This document shows positions 20,122-30,242 of a DNA stretch of 64,000 nt, piece by piece. A program made the translations under genes and the position numbers. Numbering within the stretch: position 1 is the first letter of the stretch; each line of letters begins with the position of its first letter. Below the pieces are notes generated by a model. That model had not been told where the DNA came from. It saw only the letters and a program-made list of their open reading frames with translations, and did not search any database. The stretch is from Dehalococcoidia bacterium (GTDB lineage: Bacteria > Chloroflexota > Dehalococcoidia > Lucifugimonadales > Australimonadaceae), in the NCBI GenBank assembly GCA_965242755.1, contig OZ251500.1, positions 2,933,157 through 2,997,156 on the forward strand. Direction: 5' to 3'.

Positions 20122-21380
20122 GACGGGCGCGCCGCTCGACGCCGGGGGCTTCGCCGGTTCGCGCCGCGCTTGGGATGCTCGCGGCGCTCGGCGCCGCGCT
20201 GATCCTCGCCGGGTGCGGCGCCGACGCCACGCCGACGGCCGCCCCCTCTCCCACGCCCTCGCCTACGCCCGTTCCGCCGGATCCGGGCATCGACTCCGAC
20301 CGGATCATCGTCGGCCAATCCGCCGCGTTCTCCGGCTCCGCAGGGGAGTTGGGCGTCAATATGCGGATGGGGATTCAGGCGGCGTTCCACGAAGCGAACG
20401 AGGCCGGGGGGATTCACGGGCGCAGGTTGGAACTGCGTTCGCTCGACGATTCCTACGAGCCCGCGCGCGCCGTGGCGAACACGCGAACGCTCATTGAGGA
20501 CGACGGCGTCTTTATGCTGCTGGGAGCGGTCGGAACGCCGACCTCGCGCTCGGCGGCTCCGTTGGCGCAAGAGGCGGGCGTGCCGTACATCGCGCCGCTC
20601 ACAGGCGCCGGATTCCTGCGGAACCCCGAAATGACCAGCGTCGTCAACCTCCGCGCCTCCTACGCGCAAGAGACCGAGGCGATGGTTGACCGGTTGACGG
20701 CGGACTTGGGGGCGCAGCGGGTCGCGGTGTTCTATCAGGACGACTCGTTCGGGCGCTCGGGGTACGAGGGGGCGCTCGCGGCGCTGGAGCGGCGCGACTT
20801 GGAGCCCGTCGCGGCGGGAATCTATCCGCGCAACACCACGGCGGTGAAAGTGGCGCTGCTGGACATTCAGCGCGTAAGGCCGGACGCCGTGATCCTCGTC
20901 GGCTCCTACGAGCCCATTTCGTCCCTCATTCTGTGGGCGCGGCGGATCCGGCTGAACACGGAGTTCGTCAACATCTCGTTCGTGGGCAGCAACGCGCTCG
21001 CGCAGGAGTTGGGGGCGGAGGGCGCGGGCGTGTTCGTCACCCAAGTGGTGCCCTTCCCCTGGGACCGCTCGCAAGACATCGTGGCCGCCTACCGCCGAAC
21101 GCTCGCGGCGTATGATCCGAGTTCGGTCCCGGGGTTCGTGTCGCTGGAGGGCTACATGGCCGGGCGGCTCGCCGTGGCGGGCTTGCAAGCCGCCGGGCGC
21201 AACCTCACGCGCGAACGCTTCCTCAACAGCCTGCGGCGCATGGAAACCGTGGACCTGGACGGCTTCGAACTCAATTACGGCGAGGAAGACAATCAGGGGT
21301 CCGATCAGGTGTTCCTAACGGTGATCGGGTCGGACGGACGCTACTACCCGATAGAGCGGATGGGAGACTGGCGCCCATGA
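20118..21380 (+). CDS. Substrate-binding lipoprotein, LivK/branched-chain amino acid class
   Basis: Lipobox LILAGC, P/T/S linker, GQSAAFSG, NEAGGIHGRRLEL..DDSYEP, VGTPT, RASYAQE, SLEGY. Confidence 0.9.
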   Translation: MRRARRSTPGASPVRAALGMLAALGAALILAGCGADATPTAAPSPTPSPTPVPPDPGIDSDRIIVGQSAAFSGSAGELGVNMRMGIQAAFHEANEAGGIHGRRLELRSLDDSYEPARAVANTRTLIEDDGVFMLLGAVGTPTSRSAAPLAQEAGVPYIAPLTGAGFLRNPEMTSVVNLRASYAQETEAMVDRLTADLGAQRVAVFYQDDSFGRSGYEGALAALERRDLEPVAAGIYPRNTTAVKVALLDIQRVRPDAVILVGSYEPISSLILWARRIRLNTEFVNISFVGSNALAQELGAEGAGVFVTQVVPFPWDRSQDIVAAYRRTLAAYDPSSVPGFVSLEGYMAGRLAVAGLQAAGRNLTRERFLNSLRRMETVDLDGFELNYGEEDNQGSDQVFLTVIGSDGRYYPIERMGDWRP

Positions 21381-23857
21381 TTCCCCGGCTGTTCGCGCGG
21401 CTTCAGTTGGCGGCAGGCAAAGCGGCGGAGACGGCGCGCTCCCTGAATCGCCGGATGCCCCCGCGGCTCCAGACGGCGGTCGGCAGGGCGGCGGAGACGG
21501 CCCGCGCCATAACCCGCCGGATGCCCGGCGTCTTCTCCCGGCTGTCCGCGATGATGCCCTCGCGGTTCCGGTCGGCGTTCGGCAGGGCGGGAGAGATGGC
21601 GCGGGCGGCGGCCCGCCGGATGCCCGGCGCCTTCTCCCGGATGTCCACCCGGTTCCAGTTGGTGATCGGCGGAGCGGCGGCGCTGACGCTCGCCGCGACC
21701 ATCGTCGGATGGTTCTTCATCAACCGAGTGAGCGACGTCCAGAGCCGCGTGAACGAAGGGAGTTTGCCGGAGATCACGGCGGCGTTCCTCGTCACGGAGT
21801 ACACGGGCAGCCTCGTGGCGGCGGCGCCGCGCCTCACTACGGCGCAGACGCAGGCCGACCTGAACATCGTCGCCGCCGACATCGACCGCCAATACCGGGC
21901 GTTCGAAGAGCAACTCGCGATTCTGGAGGGCGGGGGCGCCGAAGGCAACGCGGAGCGCGTGGCCCGCATCCGGGAGCACGGCGACACGCTCATCTCCAGC
22001 ATCAACGGCATCGAAAGCGCCATGCCGGAAACGTTCGACCTGGCCGCCCGGGAAGAGACGCTCCGCGTGGACTTGACCGCCGCGCAGGACGCGGTCGACG
22101 TCGCCCTGTTCCCTTCCGTGGACGACCAGTTCTTCTACCTCGTCACCGGCTACCGCGAACTCAACGAGCCCCGCGACGCGAGGCCCGACTACTTCACGCC
22201 GGAGCAGTTGAATTCCTACCGCCACCTGGCCGACCTGCACACCGACGCGACCTCCGCCGCGCAGGTGGTGGCGAGCGTGTTCACGGTGTCGGACGCCGCG
22301 CAGGTCGAGCCGTTGCGGGAGCGTTTCGAGGCGGCTGCGGGCCGCATCCAAAACACCTTCGCCGTCTACCAAGACCCGGCCGCGCAGTTCCGGCTCGCCC
22401 CCATCATCGACCAACTCATCCAATTGGGCTCCGGCGAGGGAAGCGCCTTCAACCTGGCGGAGCGGCAACTCACGCTCGCCGCGAACCAGCGCGAGCAACT
22501 GGCGCGAAACAACGACGTCGCGCTGCAGTTGACCGACGAAGTGGAAGCGCTCGTCAGCGCCGCCAACGCGCGGGCCGCGGACGCGACGCTCGCCTCCGAC
22601 CAGGCTGTGCTCTCAGGCCGCACGTGGCTGCTCGTCATCGGCGTCCTCAGCGTCGGCAGCGCGCTTATGGTGGACTGGCTCTTCGTCTACCGCGTGCTGC
22701 TGAGCCGCCTCGACTCCCTGTCCGACCGCATGCGCCGCATGGCGGGCGGCGACCTCGAGCAAGAGGTGGAGGTGAAAGGCCGCGACGAAATCGCGGATAT
22801 GGCCGCCGCCCTAGAGAAGTTCCGCCAAAACGCCCTGGAGGTCCAACGCCTCAACCTCGTCGAACTAATGGCGCAGGAACTCGAAGAGAAGAACGCCACG
22901 CTGGACAAGCAGAAGGACGATCTCGAAGAGGCGCTCTCCGAACTGAGCAAGGCGCAGGATCAGATCGTGATGCGCGAGAAACTCGCGGAACTCGGCTCGC
23001 TCACCGCCGGCGTCGCCCACGAGATCCGCAACCCGCTCAACTTCGTCAAAAACTTCTCCGAGTCGTCCGCGGAACTCCTGGAGGAGTTGAACGAAGTCCT
23101 GCAGGAGAGCAGCGAGCAGTTGACGGAGAAGCAGCGCAAAGACATCGAGGACATCTCCCAAGACCTCGTGAGCAACCTGGAGCGCATCCGCTCCCACGGC
23201 GAGCGCGCCAACCGCATCGTGCAGGATATGCTGATGATGGGGCGCGGCGGCGGCGAGTCCCGCTCCATCGTCATCAACGACCTGCTCCACGAGCACGCCC
23301 TGCTCGCCTACCACAGCGCCCGCGCGCTCGACCCCGACTTCCAACTGGAAATGCGCGAGGAACTCGACGAGAACGCCGGCGAGATCGTGGTCGTCCCGGA
23401 GGACATGGGCCGCGTCTTCCTCAATATGGTGTCCAACGCCTGCTACGCGACCGACCAGAAGCGGCGCGGCGGGGCGCAAGGCGAGCCCTATATGCCCACC
23501 CTCACCCTCGCCACCCAGCGCGGAGAAGACGACGTCACCATCCGCATCCGCGACAACGGCGACGGCATCCCCGACGAGATCCGTGAGAAGATCTTCAATC
23601 CCTTCTTCACCACGAAGCCCACCGACCAGGGCACCGGGCTCGGCCTCGCGCTCTCCAACGACATCGTGCGGAAACACGGGGGCGAAATTCAGGTAGAATC
23701 CGAGCAAGGCGCGTACACGGAGATGATCGTGACGCTCCCCTTCTCCCCGCCCGAGCGGCTGGCGAACGAGGACGAGGAAGAGCAAGACGGCGAGGCGGAG
23801 GAGGAATCCGCCGCCCCCGAAGAGCCGGCGCAAGCGGGCGAGAACGACGAAGGCTAA
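21377..23857 (+). CDS. Membrane sensor histidine kinase (large helical TorS-like extracytoplasmic domain, HAMP, HisKA, HATPase)
   Basis: Two TM segments; GRDEIADMAAALEKF HAMP; AGVAHEIRNPLNFV H-box; DNGDGI, FNPFFTTK, GTGLGL. The TorS-like call is an inference. Confidence 0.9.
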   Translation: MIPRLFARLQLAAGKAAETARSLNRRMPPRLQTAVGRAAETARAITRRMPGVFSRLSAMMPSRFRSAFGRAGEMARAAARRMPGAFSRMSTRFQLVIGGAAALTLAATIVGWFFINRVSDVQSRVNEGSLPEITAAFLVTEYTGSLVAAAPRLTTAQTQADLNIVAADIDRQYRAFEEQLAILEGGGAEGNAERVARIREHGDTLISSINGIESAMPETFDLAAREETLRVDLTAAQDAVDVALFPSVDDQFFYLVTGYRELNEPRDARPDYFTPEQLNSYRHLADLHTDATSAAQVVASVFTVSDAAQVEPLRERFEAAAGRIQNTFAVYQDPAAQFRLAPIIDQLIQLGSGEGSAFNLAERQLTLAANQREQLARNNDVALQLTDEVEALVSAANARAADATLASDQAVLSGRTWLLVIGVLSVGSALMVDWLFVYRVLLSRLDSLSDRMRRMAGGDLEQEVEVKGRDEIADMAAALEKFRQNALEVQRLNLVELMAQELEEKNATLDKQKDDLEEALSELSKAQDQIVMREKLAELGSLTAGVAHEIRNPLNFVKNFSESSAELLEELNEVLQESSEQLTEKQRKDIEDISQDLVSNLERIRSHGERANRIVQDMLMMGRGGGESRSIVINDLLHEHALLAYHSARALDPDFQLEMREELDENAGEIVVVPEDMGRVFLNMVSNACYATDQKRRGGAQGEPYMPTLTLATQRGEDDVTIRIRDNGDGIPDEIREKIFNPFFTTKPTDQGTGLGLALSNDIVRKHGGEIQVESEQGAYTEMIVTLPFSPPERLANEDEEEQDGEAEEESAAPEEPAQAGENDEG

Positions 23858-23874
23858 CCCAGCAGGAAGGCTGA

Positions 23875-25302
23875 ATGGATTTCGACGGCTACAACCTGGA
23901 CTTCTACGACGAGATGCTGCTGCCCGACGGCTCGCCCCGGGAGCATTGCCGCCCCCTCCACGAAACGCTCCGCGCCCTTTCGCCGGACCGCTTGGAGAGC
24001 ATCCAGGACGGCGTCTCGCGCTCGTTCCTGCACGAGGGCATCTTCTTTATGGTCTACGGCGACGAGGTGTCGCAGGAGCGCATCATGCCGGTGGACTGCG
24101 TCCCCCGCGTCGTTCCCGCCGCCGAATGGCGACATATCGAACAGGGGCTGACGCAGCGGCTCAACGCGCTCAACAAGTTCCTACACGACGTCTACGGCGA
24201 GGCGCGCATCATCGCCGACGGCGTGATCCCCGCCGACCTCGTGTACGATTGCCCTCAGTTCCGCCCCGAAATGCAAGGCTACGCCGGCCCCGAAGGCTCA
24301 TGGGCCACGCTCTGCGGAACCGACATCGTCCGCACGGCGGAAGGCTTCCGCGTGCTCGAGGACAACCTCCGCTCGCCGTCCGGCATGTCCTATATGGTCG
24401 CCACGCGCAACGCCGTGAAGGCCGGCTTCCGCCGCCTCTACCGCGCATCCCGCGTCCGCGAGGTCGCGGACTGCGGGCGTTTGCTCCGCGACACGTTCCG
24501 CGAACTCGATCCGCAAGGCCGCTCCGATCCGACCATCGCGCTCCTCACCCCCGGCGTCCACAACGCCGCCTTCTACGAGCACGTCTTCCTCGCCCGCGAA
24601 ATCGGCGCCGAACTCGTCGAAGGCCGCGACCTCCTTACCCGCGACGGCTTCCTCCATATGCGAACGACGCAAGGGCTGCGCCGCGTCGACGTCCTCTACC
24701 GCCGCATAGACGACCTCTTCCTCGATCCGAACGTATTCCTCCCCGACTCCGCGCTCGGCGTCCCCGGTCTGCTGGACGCCTGCAAGCGCGGAAACCTCAC
24801 GCTGATCAACACGCCCGGCTCTGGCGTCGCCGACGACAAGAGCGTCTATCCCTACGCGCCCGATATGATCCGCTACTACCTGGGCGAAGAGCCGATCCTG
24901 GCGAACGTCGACACCCGCCTCTGCCGCCGCGAGGAAGACCTGGAGTACACGCTGGACAACCTGGACAAACTCGTCGTCAAGAAGGTCGGCGAGTCCGGGG
25001 GCTACGGCATGCTCGTCGGCCCGCACTCGACCCCGGAGGAGCGCGACGACTACGCGAAGCAGGTGCGCCTGAATCCGGCGGACTTCATCTCGCAGCCCGT
25101 GCTCGCCTTCTCCCGCGCCCCGTGCCTCGTTGACGGCGTAATGGAGCCGCGCCACGTCGACCTGCGCCCCTTCGCAATGCAAGGGCGCGAGACGCGCGTC
25201 GTCGCCGGCGCCTTCTCCCGCGTCGCCCTCCGGCGCGGAAGCCTCGTCGTCAACTCCAGCCAGGGCGGCGGCGGCAAAGACGTCTGGGTCACCGAGGAGT
25301 AA
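23875..25302 (+). CDS. Circularly permuted type 2 ATP-grasp protein (putative peptide ligase)
   Basis: FYDEM, VLEDNLRSPSGMSY, LLTPG..FYEH..LA, VDVLYRRIDD, GSGVADDK, SGGYGML, RHVDLRPF, VVNSSQGGGGKDVWV. Confidence 0.93.
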   Translation: MDFDGYNLDFYDEMLLPDGSPREHCRPLHETLRALSPDRLESIQDGVSRSFLHEGIFFMVYGDEVSQERIMPVDCVPRVVPAAEWRHIEQGLTQRLNALNKFLHDVYGEARIIADGVIPADLVYDCPQFRPEMQGYAGPEGSWATLCGTDIVRTAEGFRVLEDNLRSPSGMSYMVATRNAVKAGFRRLYRASRVREVADCGRLLRDTFRELDPQGRSDPTIALLTPGVHNAAFYEHVFLAREIGAELVEGRDLLTRDGFLHMRTTQGLRRVDVLYRRIDDLFLDPNVFLPDSALGVPGLLDACKRGNLTLINTPGSGVADDKSVYPYAPDMIRYYLGEEPILANVDTRLCRREEDLEYTLDNLDKLVVKKVGESGGYGMLVGPHSTPEERDDYAKQVRLNPADFISQPVLAFSRAPCLVDGVMEPRHVDLRPFAMQGRETRVVAGAFSRVALRRGSLVVNSSQGGGGKDVWVTEE

Positions 25303-25308
25303 GCGCCT

Positions 25309-26256
25309 ATGCTCTCGCGCAGCGCGGAAGGCTTGTACTGGATGGGACGCTATATGGAGCGGACGGGGTTCGTCTGCCGCCTCCTGCAACTCCAAGCGGA
25401 GGCGCTCGTGGACAGGCCCGCCCGCGACATCCACGCCGGTTGGCGCAGGCTCTACGAATCCATCAGCCGCGAGCCCCCAGGCGGCGACCTCGGCGACGTC
25501 GAAAGCGACGAGTTCACCCTCGCCGACTCCTACACGCTCGCCGGCGACCTCACCTTCGAGCGCGCCAACCCCGGCTCCGTCTGGAACTGCTTCGCGCAAA
25601 GCCGCGAAAACGCCCGGCAGATCCGCCACTGCGTCAGCGCCGAGGTCTGGCAGCGTCTCAACCTCGCCTACCTCCGCATCCGCGATATGGACGCCCCCGA
25701 CATCTGGGCCGAGTCCCCGGAGAAGTTCTACGCCGGAATGACCGCCGAAATCGCCGCGATAGAGGGCGCCGCCTCCGCGACGATGTACCGTGACGAAGGC
25801 TGGCGCTTCCTCACGCTCGGGCGCGCGCTCGAGCGGGCGCAAGCCTCCTGCGCCCTCCTCCTCGCGCAGACCGCGCTCGACGCGGAAACCGGAACCGCGG
25901 ACGCCGACACCGACTGGGCCTACCTCCTGAAGGCGCTCCACGCGCTCGAGCCCTACCACTTGCGCTACGGCGCAGCCGTCGAGCCCGGCGCCGCCCTCGA
26001 CCTCATCGTGACCGACCCGCTGCTCCCCGGCTCCCTCGCCCGCCTCTTCGACGCGCTCGCCGACGAGATCGAGGCGCTCGGCGCCGGCCCCGGCGCGGAC
26101 GGCGCGGCCCGTCGCGCCGCCGGACGCCTCAGTGCCCTCGTCAAGCACCACTGGCCTGACAGCGGCGACCGCCTAGCCCTCCTCCGAAGCGCGCATGAGC
26201 AATCGCTCGAACTGCACGCCCTAATCGCCTCCGCCTACTTCGCCTACGCCGCCTGA
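25309..26256 (+). CDS. Alpha-E domain protein (DUF403-like)
   Basis: MLSRSAEGLYWMGRYMER, RENARQIR..S.EVW, GWRFLTLGRALERA; follows the CP-ATP-grasp gene as expected. Confidence 0.92.
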   Translation: MLSRSAEGLYWMGRYMERTGFVCRLLQLQAEALVDRPARDIHAGWRRLYESISREPPGGDLGDVESDEFTLADSYTLAGDLTFERANPGSVWNCFAQSRENARQIRHCVSAEVWQRLNLAYLRIRDMDAPDIWAESPEKFYAGMTAEIAAIEGAASATMYRDEGWRFLTLGRALERAQASCALLLAQTALDAETGTADADTDWAYLLKALHALEPYHLRYGAAVEPGAALDLIVTDPLLPGSLARLFDALADEIEALGAGPGADGAARRAAGRLSALVKHHWPDSGDRLALLRSAHEQSLELHALIASAYFAYAA

Positions 26257-26281
26257 TCCGCCGGCGCGCTTGCGCGCCCGC

Positions 26282-26303
26282 CTGGATTCCCGCCTACGCA
26301 GGC
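26282..26303. repeat. Dispersed REP-like family A copy; supplies the TAG stop of the flippase
   Basis: CTGGATTCCCGCCTACGCAGGC; the CTA at 26294-26296 is the minus-strand stop. Confidence 0.75.
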
Positions 26304-27679
26304 AAGGCGGCAGACAGAGAATCGCCGTCGCCGTTGGCGGACGGAGGCCGCAACCGGCGGCTCTCCCGCAGCGTCGAGACCGCGAACGGCGCGACGATCA
26401 GCAGCGAGACGAAGATGTGCGCGGCGCGGGCGAGCGCCGCTCCCTCCGCGCCGTAGGCCGACGCCAGCCAAAAGTAGGCGGGAATAGAGACCGCGAGCGC
26501 CGCTCCCATAGACCACAAGTAGGGCGCGACGCGCCCCGACGCAAGGGGCAGCGCGGCGAACGGCGCGGCGGCGTTGGCGGCGAACGCCGCGGGGATCAGA
26601 ATCAGCAGCGGCGACGCCGACTCCGCGAACGCCTCGCCCAAAACGAACCGGACGACGGGCTCTCGAAAAACCGCAAGCAGCCCGAAGCCTACGGCGGCGA
26701 GCGCGGCGGCCAAAAGCGTGAATACGAGTACCGAGCGGCGCAGTTCCCTCCCCCGCCCGAAGCGCCAATGCCGGCTGTGCTCCGTCTGCGCCGACAGCAG
26801 CATCATAGCGACGGGGCGCCGCGCCGCGTCCATAATCCTCCGCGCCGCCCGGTAAAGCCCCGCCTCCTGCGCGCCCGCCGCCTGCGCCGCGAGAATGGAG
26901 TCCGCGTTCCAACTCGCCGTCTCAATGATCGTTCTCCCGAATATCCCGATTTGGAACCGCCTTACGTCCGACGGAACGCTGATCGAGGTCGCGCGCAGCA
27001 GTCCGGGCATGCCGGCGCGATGGGCCGACGCGGCGGCGGCGGCGAAGAGCCCCGCCCCGTAGACCGCCGCGCCTGCGATGTACGCCAAGACGACCGCCTC
27101 CAGCCCCGCTCCGGCCCGCCACGCGGCGGCGAGCAGAGCGACGCGAGTCAGCGCGCCCGCGGCGGTCGCGGCGAACGTCAGCGGGACGCGGTCGGCCAGG
27201 CGCAGCGCCGTCTGCGTCTCCGTCTGCGTCGCCGTGAACACGCCAACGAGGCCGTAGAGCATCGCCGCCTCACGGTGGGCGGAGTCGATCCCGATAAGCC
27301 CGGAGACGGAGGCGAGCAGCGCAATGACCGCGTAGGCGGCGAGCGACAGCCCGAGCGACGCGGCGAGCGTGAAGCGCAATACGCGCGTCGCCTCCCACGG
27401 CCGCCCCTCCGCCAGGGCGCGGGTTGCGAACGTAGCGACGGCGTCGCCGCCCGGCGCCGCCGCCAAGCCGTGGATGATCGCGGCGGCGGCGGCGATGACG
27501 GCTAGCGCGCCGAAGCCCTCCGGCCCCAGAATCCGCGCCGCGATGAACAACTGCGCGGCGCCGCTGAGGAACTCCACGCCCAGCGCGCCGTTCAGCCAAA
27601 GCGTCTGCCGCGCCACCCGCCGCTCCGACGCGGAGAACGCTCGCCGAACGAAAGCCGCCGCGCGGCGCGCGAACGCCAT
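26294..27679 (-). CDS. Polysaccharide flippase (Wzx/MATE-like)
   Basis: About 12 hydrophobic segments, ARILGPEGFG, AGLYRAA, YGAEGAALA; glycosyltransferase context. Confidence 0.8.
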   Translation of the reverse strand: MAFARRAAAFVRRAFSASERRVARQTLWLNGALGVEFLSGAAQLFIAARILGPEGFGALAVIAAAAAIIHGLAAAPGGDAVATFATRALAEGRPWEATRVLRFTLAASLGLSLAAYAVIALLASVSGLIGIDSAHREAAMLYGLVGVFTATQTETQTALRLADRVPLTFAATAAGALTRVALLAAAWRAGAGLEAVVLAYIAGAAVYGAGLFAAAAASAHRAGMPGLLRATSISVPSDVRRFQIGIFGRTIIETASWNADSILAAQAAGAQEAGLYRAARRIMDAARRPVAMMLLSAQTEHSRHWRFGRGRELRRSVLVFTLLAAALAAVGFGLLAVFREPVVRFVLGEAFAESASPLLILIPAAFAANAAAPFAALPLASGRVAPYLWSMGAALAVSIPAYFWLASAYGAEGAALARAAHIFVSLLIVAPFAVSTLRESRRLRPPSANGDGDSLSAALPA

Positions 27680-27686
27680 CCGAGCC

Positions 27687-28607
27687 CTACCGTCCGTCCG
27701 CCGCGCCGGGGTCGGCCGCGTAGCCGCCGAGTTCGTAGTCCGCCGCGTACCGCGTCCGCAGCAACTCTTGCGCGCGGGGAGTTAGGCAGGCGTTCATCTC
27801 CGCTCTCGCTTCATCCACGTCTTCGCGCCGCGCCTCCCACCCTGCCATCGTGTTCAGCAGCGGGAGCGGCGGCGCCGGCATGCCGAGCCGCTCCGCGACG
27901 GCGCGGAAGTCCGCGTCGAGGCTCTCGAACCGTCCGACGAAATCGGGCAGGCGTCCGTCCGGGAGGCGCAAGTGCGCGCTCTGCGAGAGAAAATGCCGGT
28001 CGGCGAAAGCGTCCGATCCGTAGGGGGTGTGCAGCCACGCGCAATACGCCTCGAAACGCTCCGCCTCCTCCAGTCCGTAGCGCTCGCGGAACAGGAGGCC
28101 GCGCTTCCGCTCCTTGCCGAGCCGCTGCTCCCCCGCGTTCACTAGATGAGCGGAGCGCAACTCCCGATGGAACGAGTAGGCGCGCGTCGCGGGATGCCTG
28201 ACGAACGCGAACGTAAAGGCGTTCCGCGCCTCGGGATGCGTTCGGAAGACATCGGCGATGCTCGCGTCCCGAATGATCTCGACGTCGGGGTCGGCGGCGA
28301 GCAGCGCGGCGATGATGCTCCTTGACGCGACTTTCGGATTGCAAAGCCAGAGATAGTTGTATCTGCGGGAAAGCGCTTTCTCCGCGAAGACGTCGGGGCG
28401 GCGCGCCGCGGTTCGCGCCATTCGCGCCGCGTCCGAGAACCGGCGGCGCGCCAGCGCGCCGACTACTCCGCGCGCCATATCCGGACGGCGGAGCAGCGCC
28501 GAGGCGATTCTCTGCGCGGTTTTCGGACTGGGCATGCCCATTTGCGGCCCCCGGCGCGGCCTCCGCAGGCGGGCCGCCGCGAAAGCGCGCGCCTCAGATG
28601 CGTTCAC
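27687..28607 (-). CDS. Sulfotransferase family 2 protein
   Basis: PKVASRSI (5'-PAPS loop), FAFVRHPATRAYS (3'-PAPS motif), HFLSQ, DFVGRFESL..DF, YAADYELGGY. Confidence 0.85.
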   Translation of the reverse strand: MNASEARAFAAARLRRPRRGPQMGMPSPKTAQRIASALLRRPDMARGVVGALARRRFSDAARMARTAARRPDVFAEKALSRRYNYLWLCNPKVASRSIIAALLAADPDVEIIRDASIADVFRTHPEARNAFTFAFVRHPATRAYSFHRELRSAHLVNAGEQRLGKERKRGLLFRERYGLEEAERFEAYCAWLHTPYGSDAFADRHFLSQSAHLRLPDGRLPDFVGRFESLDADFRAVAERLGMPAPPLPLLNTMAGWEARREDVDEARAEMNACLTPRAQELLRTRYAADYELGGYAADPGAADGR

Positions 28608-28736
28608 TTAGCGCGCGGGACGGGAATTCGGCGGACGACGCGAACCTTGCATACCTTTCGCCCTGGCCGCGTAGGCGGGAATCCGGGCGGCGCGGAGCGC
28701 CGCTCCGTTCGTCCCCCCTCATCATAGCAGGCGCCG

Positions 28737-30242
28737 CTACCCTTGCCGGGGCGTCAGTGGACGCGGGATGTCGCCGAGGTCGGCCATCGCCGGGTTCCAG
28801 CCGGGCGCGACAACGTCCGCTTGCTCGAGGAAGAGCGCGTCGGGCGCGTCCCACGTGTGGCCGCCGCCGTGCCGAACGTGCGCGTAACCGGCGTCGCGCG
28901 TCCGGTGCGCCCGCCCGCCCTTGCGGAGAACGTCGGCGATCAGCAGCGCGTCCACCGAATGCGGCGCATCCCGCCAGCCGCCCGCCCGCTCAAGGTCGCG
29001 GCGCGAAATCAGCAGCGCCCCGCCCGCGAGATTGAACGTCCGCCGCCCCTCCGCGTCGCCGGCGAACCGGCGAATCGTGCAATCCGATTCGGCGAGATAG
29101 ACGAACCCCCCGCTCTTGCCGATCAGTTGCGCCCGCGAATAGACGCGCGCGAGGACGAGATCCCAGACGTGCTCCGGCCCGTAGGCGTCGTCGTCGTCCA
29201 TTTTGACGAGCAGCGCGCCGCTCGACGCGGCGCCGGCGGCGTTGAGCGCGGCGCCGAGCGTCTCGCTCCCGGGAATGCGGACGACGGCGACGGGGCAAGG
29301 CGATTCGGCGGCGAGGCGCTCCGCGTCGGGGAACGGATCGTCGCCATGCAGCGCGAGCGCAAGTTCCAACCGGGGGTACGTCTGCCGCGCGACGGCGGCG
29401 AGCGCTTGCTGCAGCAACTCCGGGCGCTTGGTCGCCATAAGGATGGAGACGGTCGGCGGGGCGTCGGCGCTGCGCCATGCGCGGGCTTGGAGCGAATGCT
29501 CCCGCAGCGCCGCCCGCTGCATCCTCCCGCCGCGGAGTTCGCGCTCCGCCTCGCTCAGACCCCGCGCGTCCGCCGTCAGCAGATCATGGAGTTCGCCGCC
29601 GAGCGCCTCCCGCATCCGCTCGCCGCCGTCCGCGATATGGACGACCACGCCTGACGCGGCGAGCCTGGCGAGCGTTCCCGCCCGCGCCGCCGCGTCCGGG
29701 TGAAACGCCTGCGTGTCCTCCACGTGATGCATACGGCGCAGGCGCAGCAGGTCGTCGGGGTGGACGGCGCGGTCCGCGTGGACGCCGACGGGCAGCAGCG
29801 CGACCGGCCCCAGCGCGCCGACTTCGCTTCCGGCGCGGGGACTCCACTGGAGCGGATTCCACCGGAGCGCGTCAAACGCGGGCGTTTCCCAATCGCCGAA
29901 GTCCGCCCGCGCCCGCACCGCGTTCCGGTAAGGCCGCAGCCCCGCCCGCGCCCGCTGGCTCCGCGTCCACTGCCGGAGCCGCCACCCCGCCGCGCCGCCC
30001 CGGTTCTCCGCGTTCCACCAAACGTCTTGCGCCTTCAGCCGCAGGCGGCGGAGCAGCCACCGCAGGAACACGCCCGTCAGCGCAAGCGTCACGTTCCGAA
30101 AGTGGGATTGCGTCTCCAGCCGCGCCAACGCCGCTTCCAGCGACTTGCCGGGCGAGAGGCGATCCGCCGCCTCGCGACCCGCGCCGCCGTCTCCGGGGGA
30201 CGTCGGCGAGCAATCCCCGGGTTTCTCGTGTTCGCGCGTCAT
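28737..30242 (-). CDS. Glycosyltransferase with a C-terminal GT-A (GT2-like) domain
   Basis: VSILMATKRP..ARQTYP..LGAALN..KMDDDDAYGP; ATG 30242 overlaps the upstream stop (ATGA). Confidence 0.8.
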   Translation of the reverse strand: MTREHEKPGDCSPTSPGDGGAGREAADRLSPGKSLEAALARLETQSHFRNVTLALTGVFLRWLLRRLRLKAQDVWWNAENRGGAAGWRLRQWTRSQRARAGLRPYRNAVRARADFGDWETPAFDALRWNPLQWSPRAGSEVGALGPVALLPVGVHADRAVHPDDLLRLRRMHHVEDTQAFHPDAAARAGTLARLAASGVVVHIADGGERMREALGGELHDLLTADARGLSEAERELRGGRMQRAALREHSLQARAWRSADAPPTVSILMATKRPELLQQALAAVARQTYPRLELALALHGDDPFPDAERLAAESPCPVAVVRIPGSETLGAALNAAGAASSGALLVKMDDDDAYGPEHVWDLVLARVYSRAQLIGKSGGFVYLAESDCTIRRFAGDAEGRRTFNLAGGALLISRRDLERAGGWRDAPHSVDALLIADVLRKGGRAHRTRDAGYAHVRHGGGHTWDAPDALFLEQADVVAPGWNPAMADLGDIPRPLTPRQG

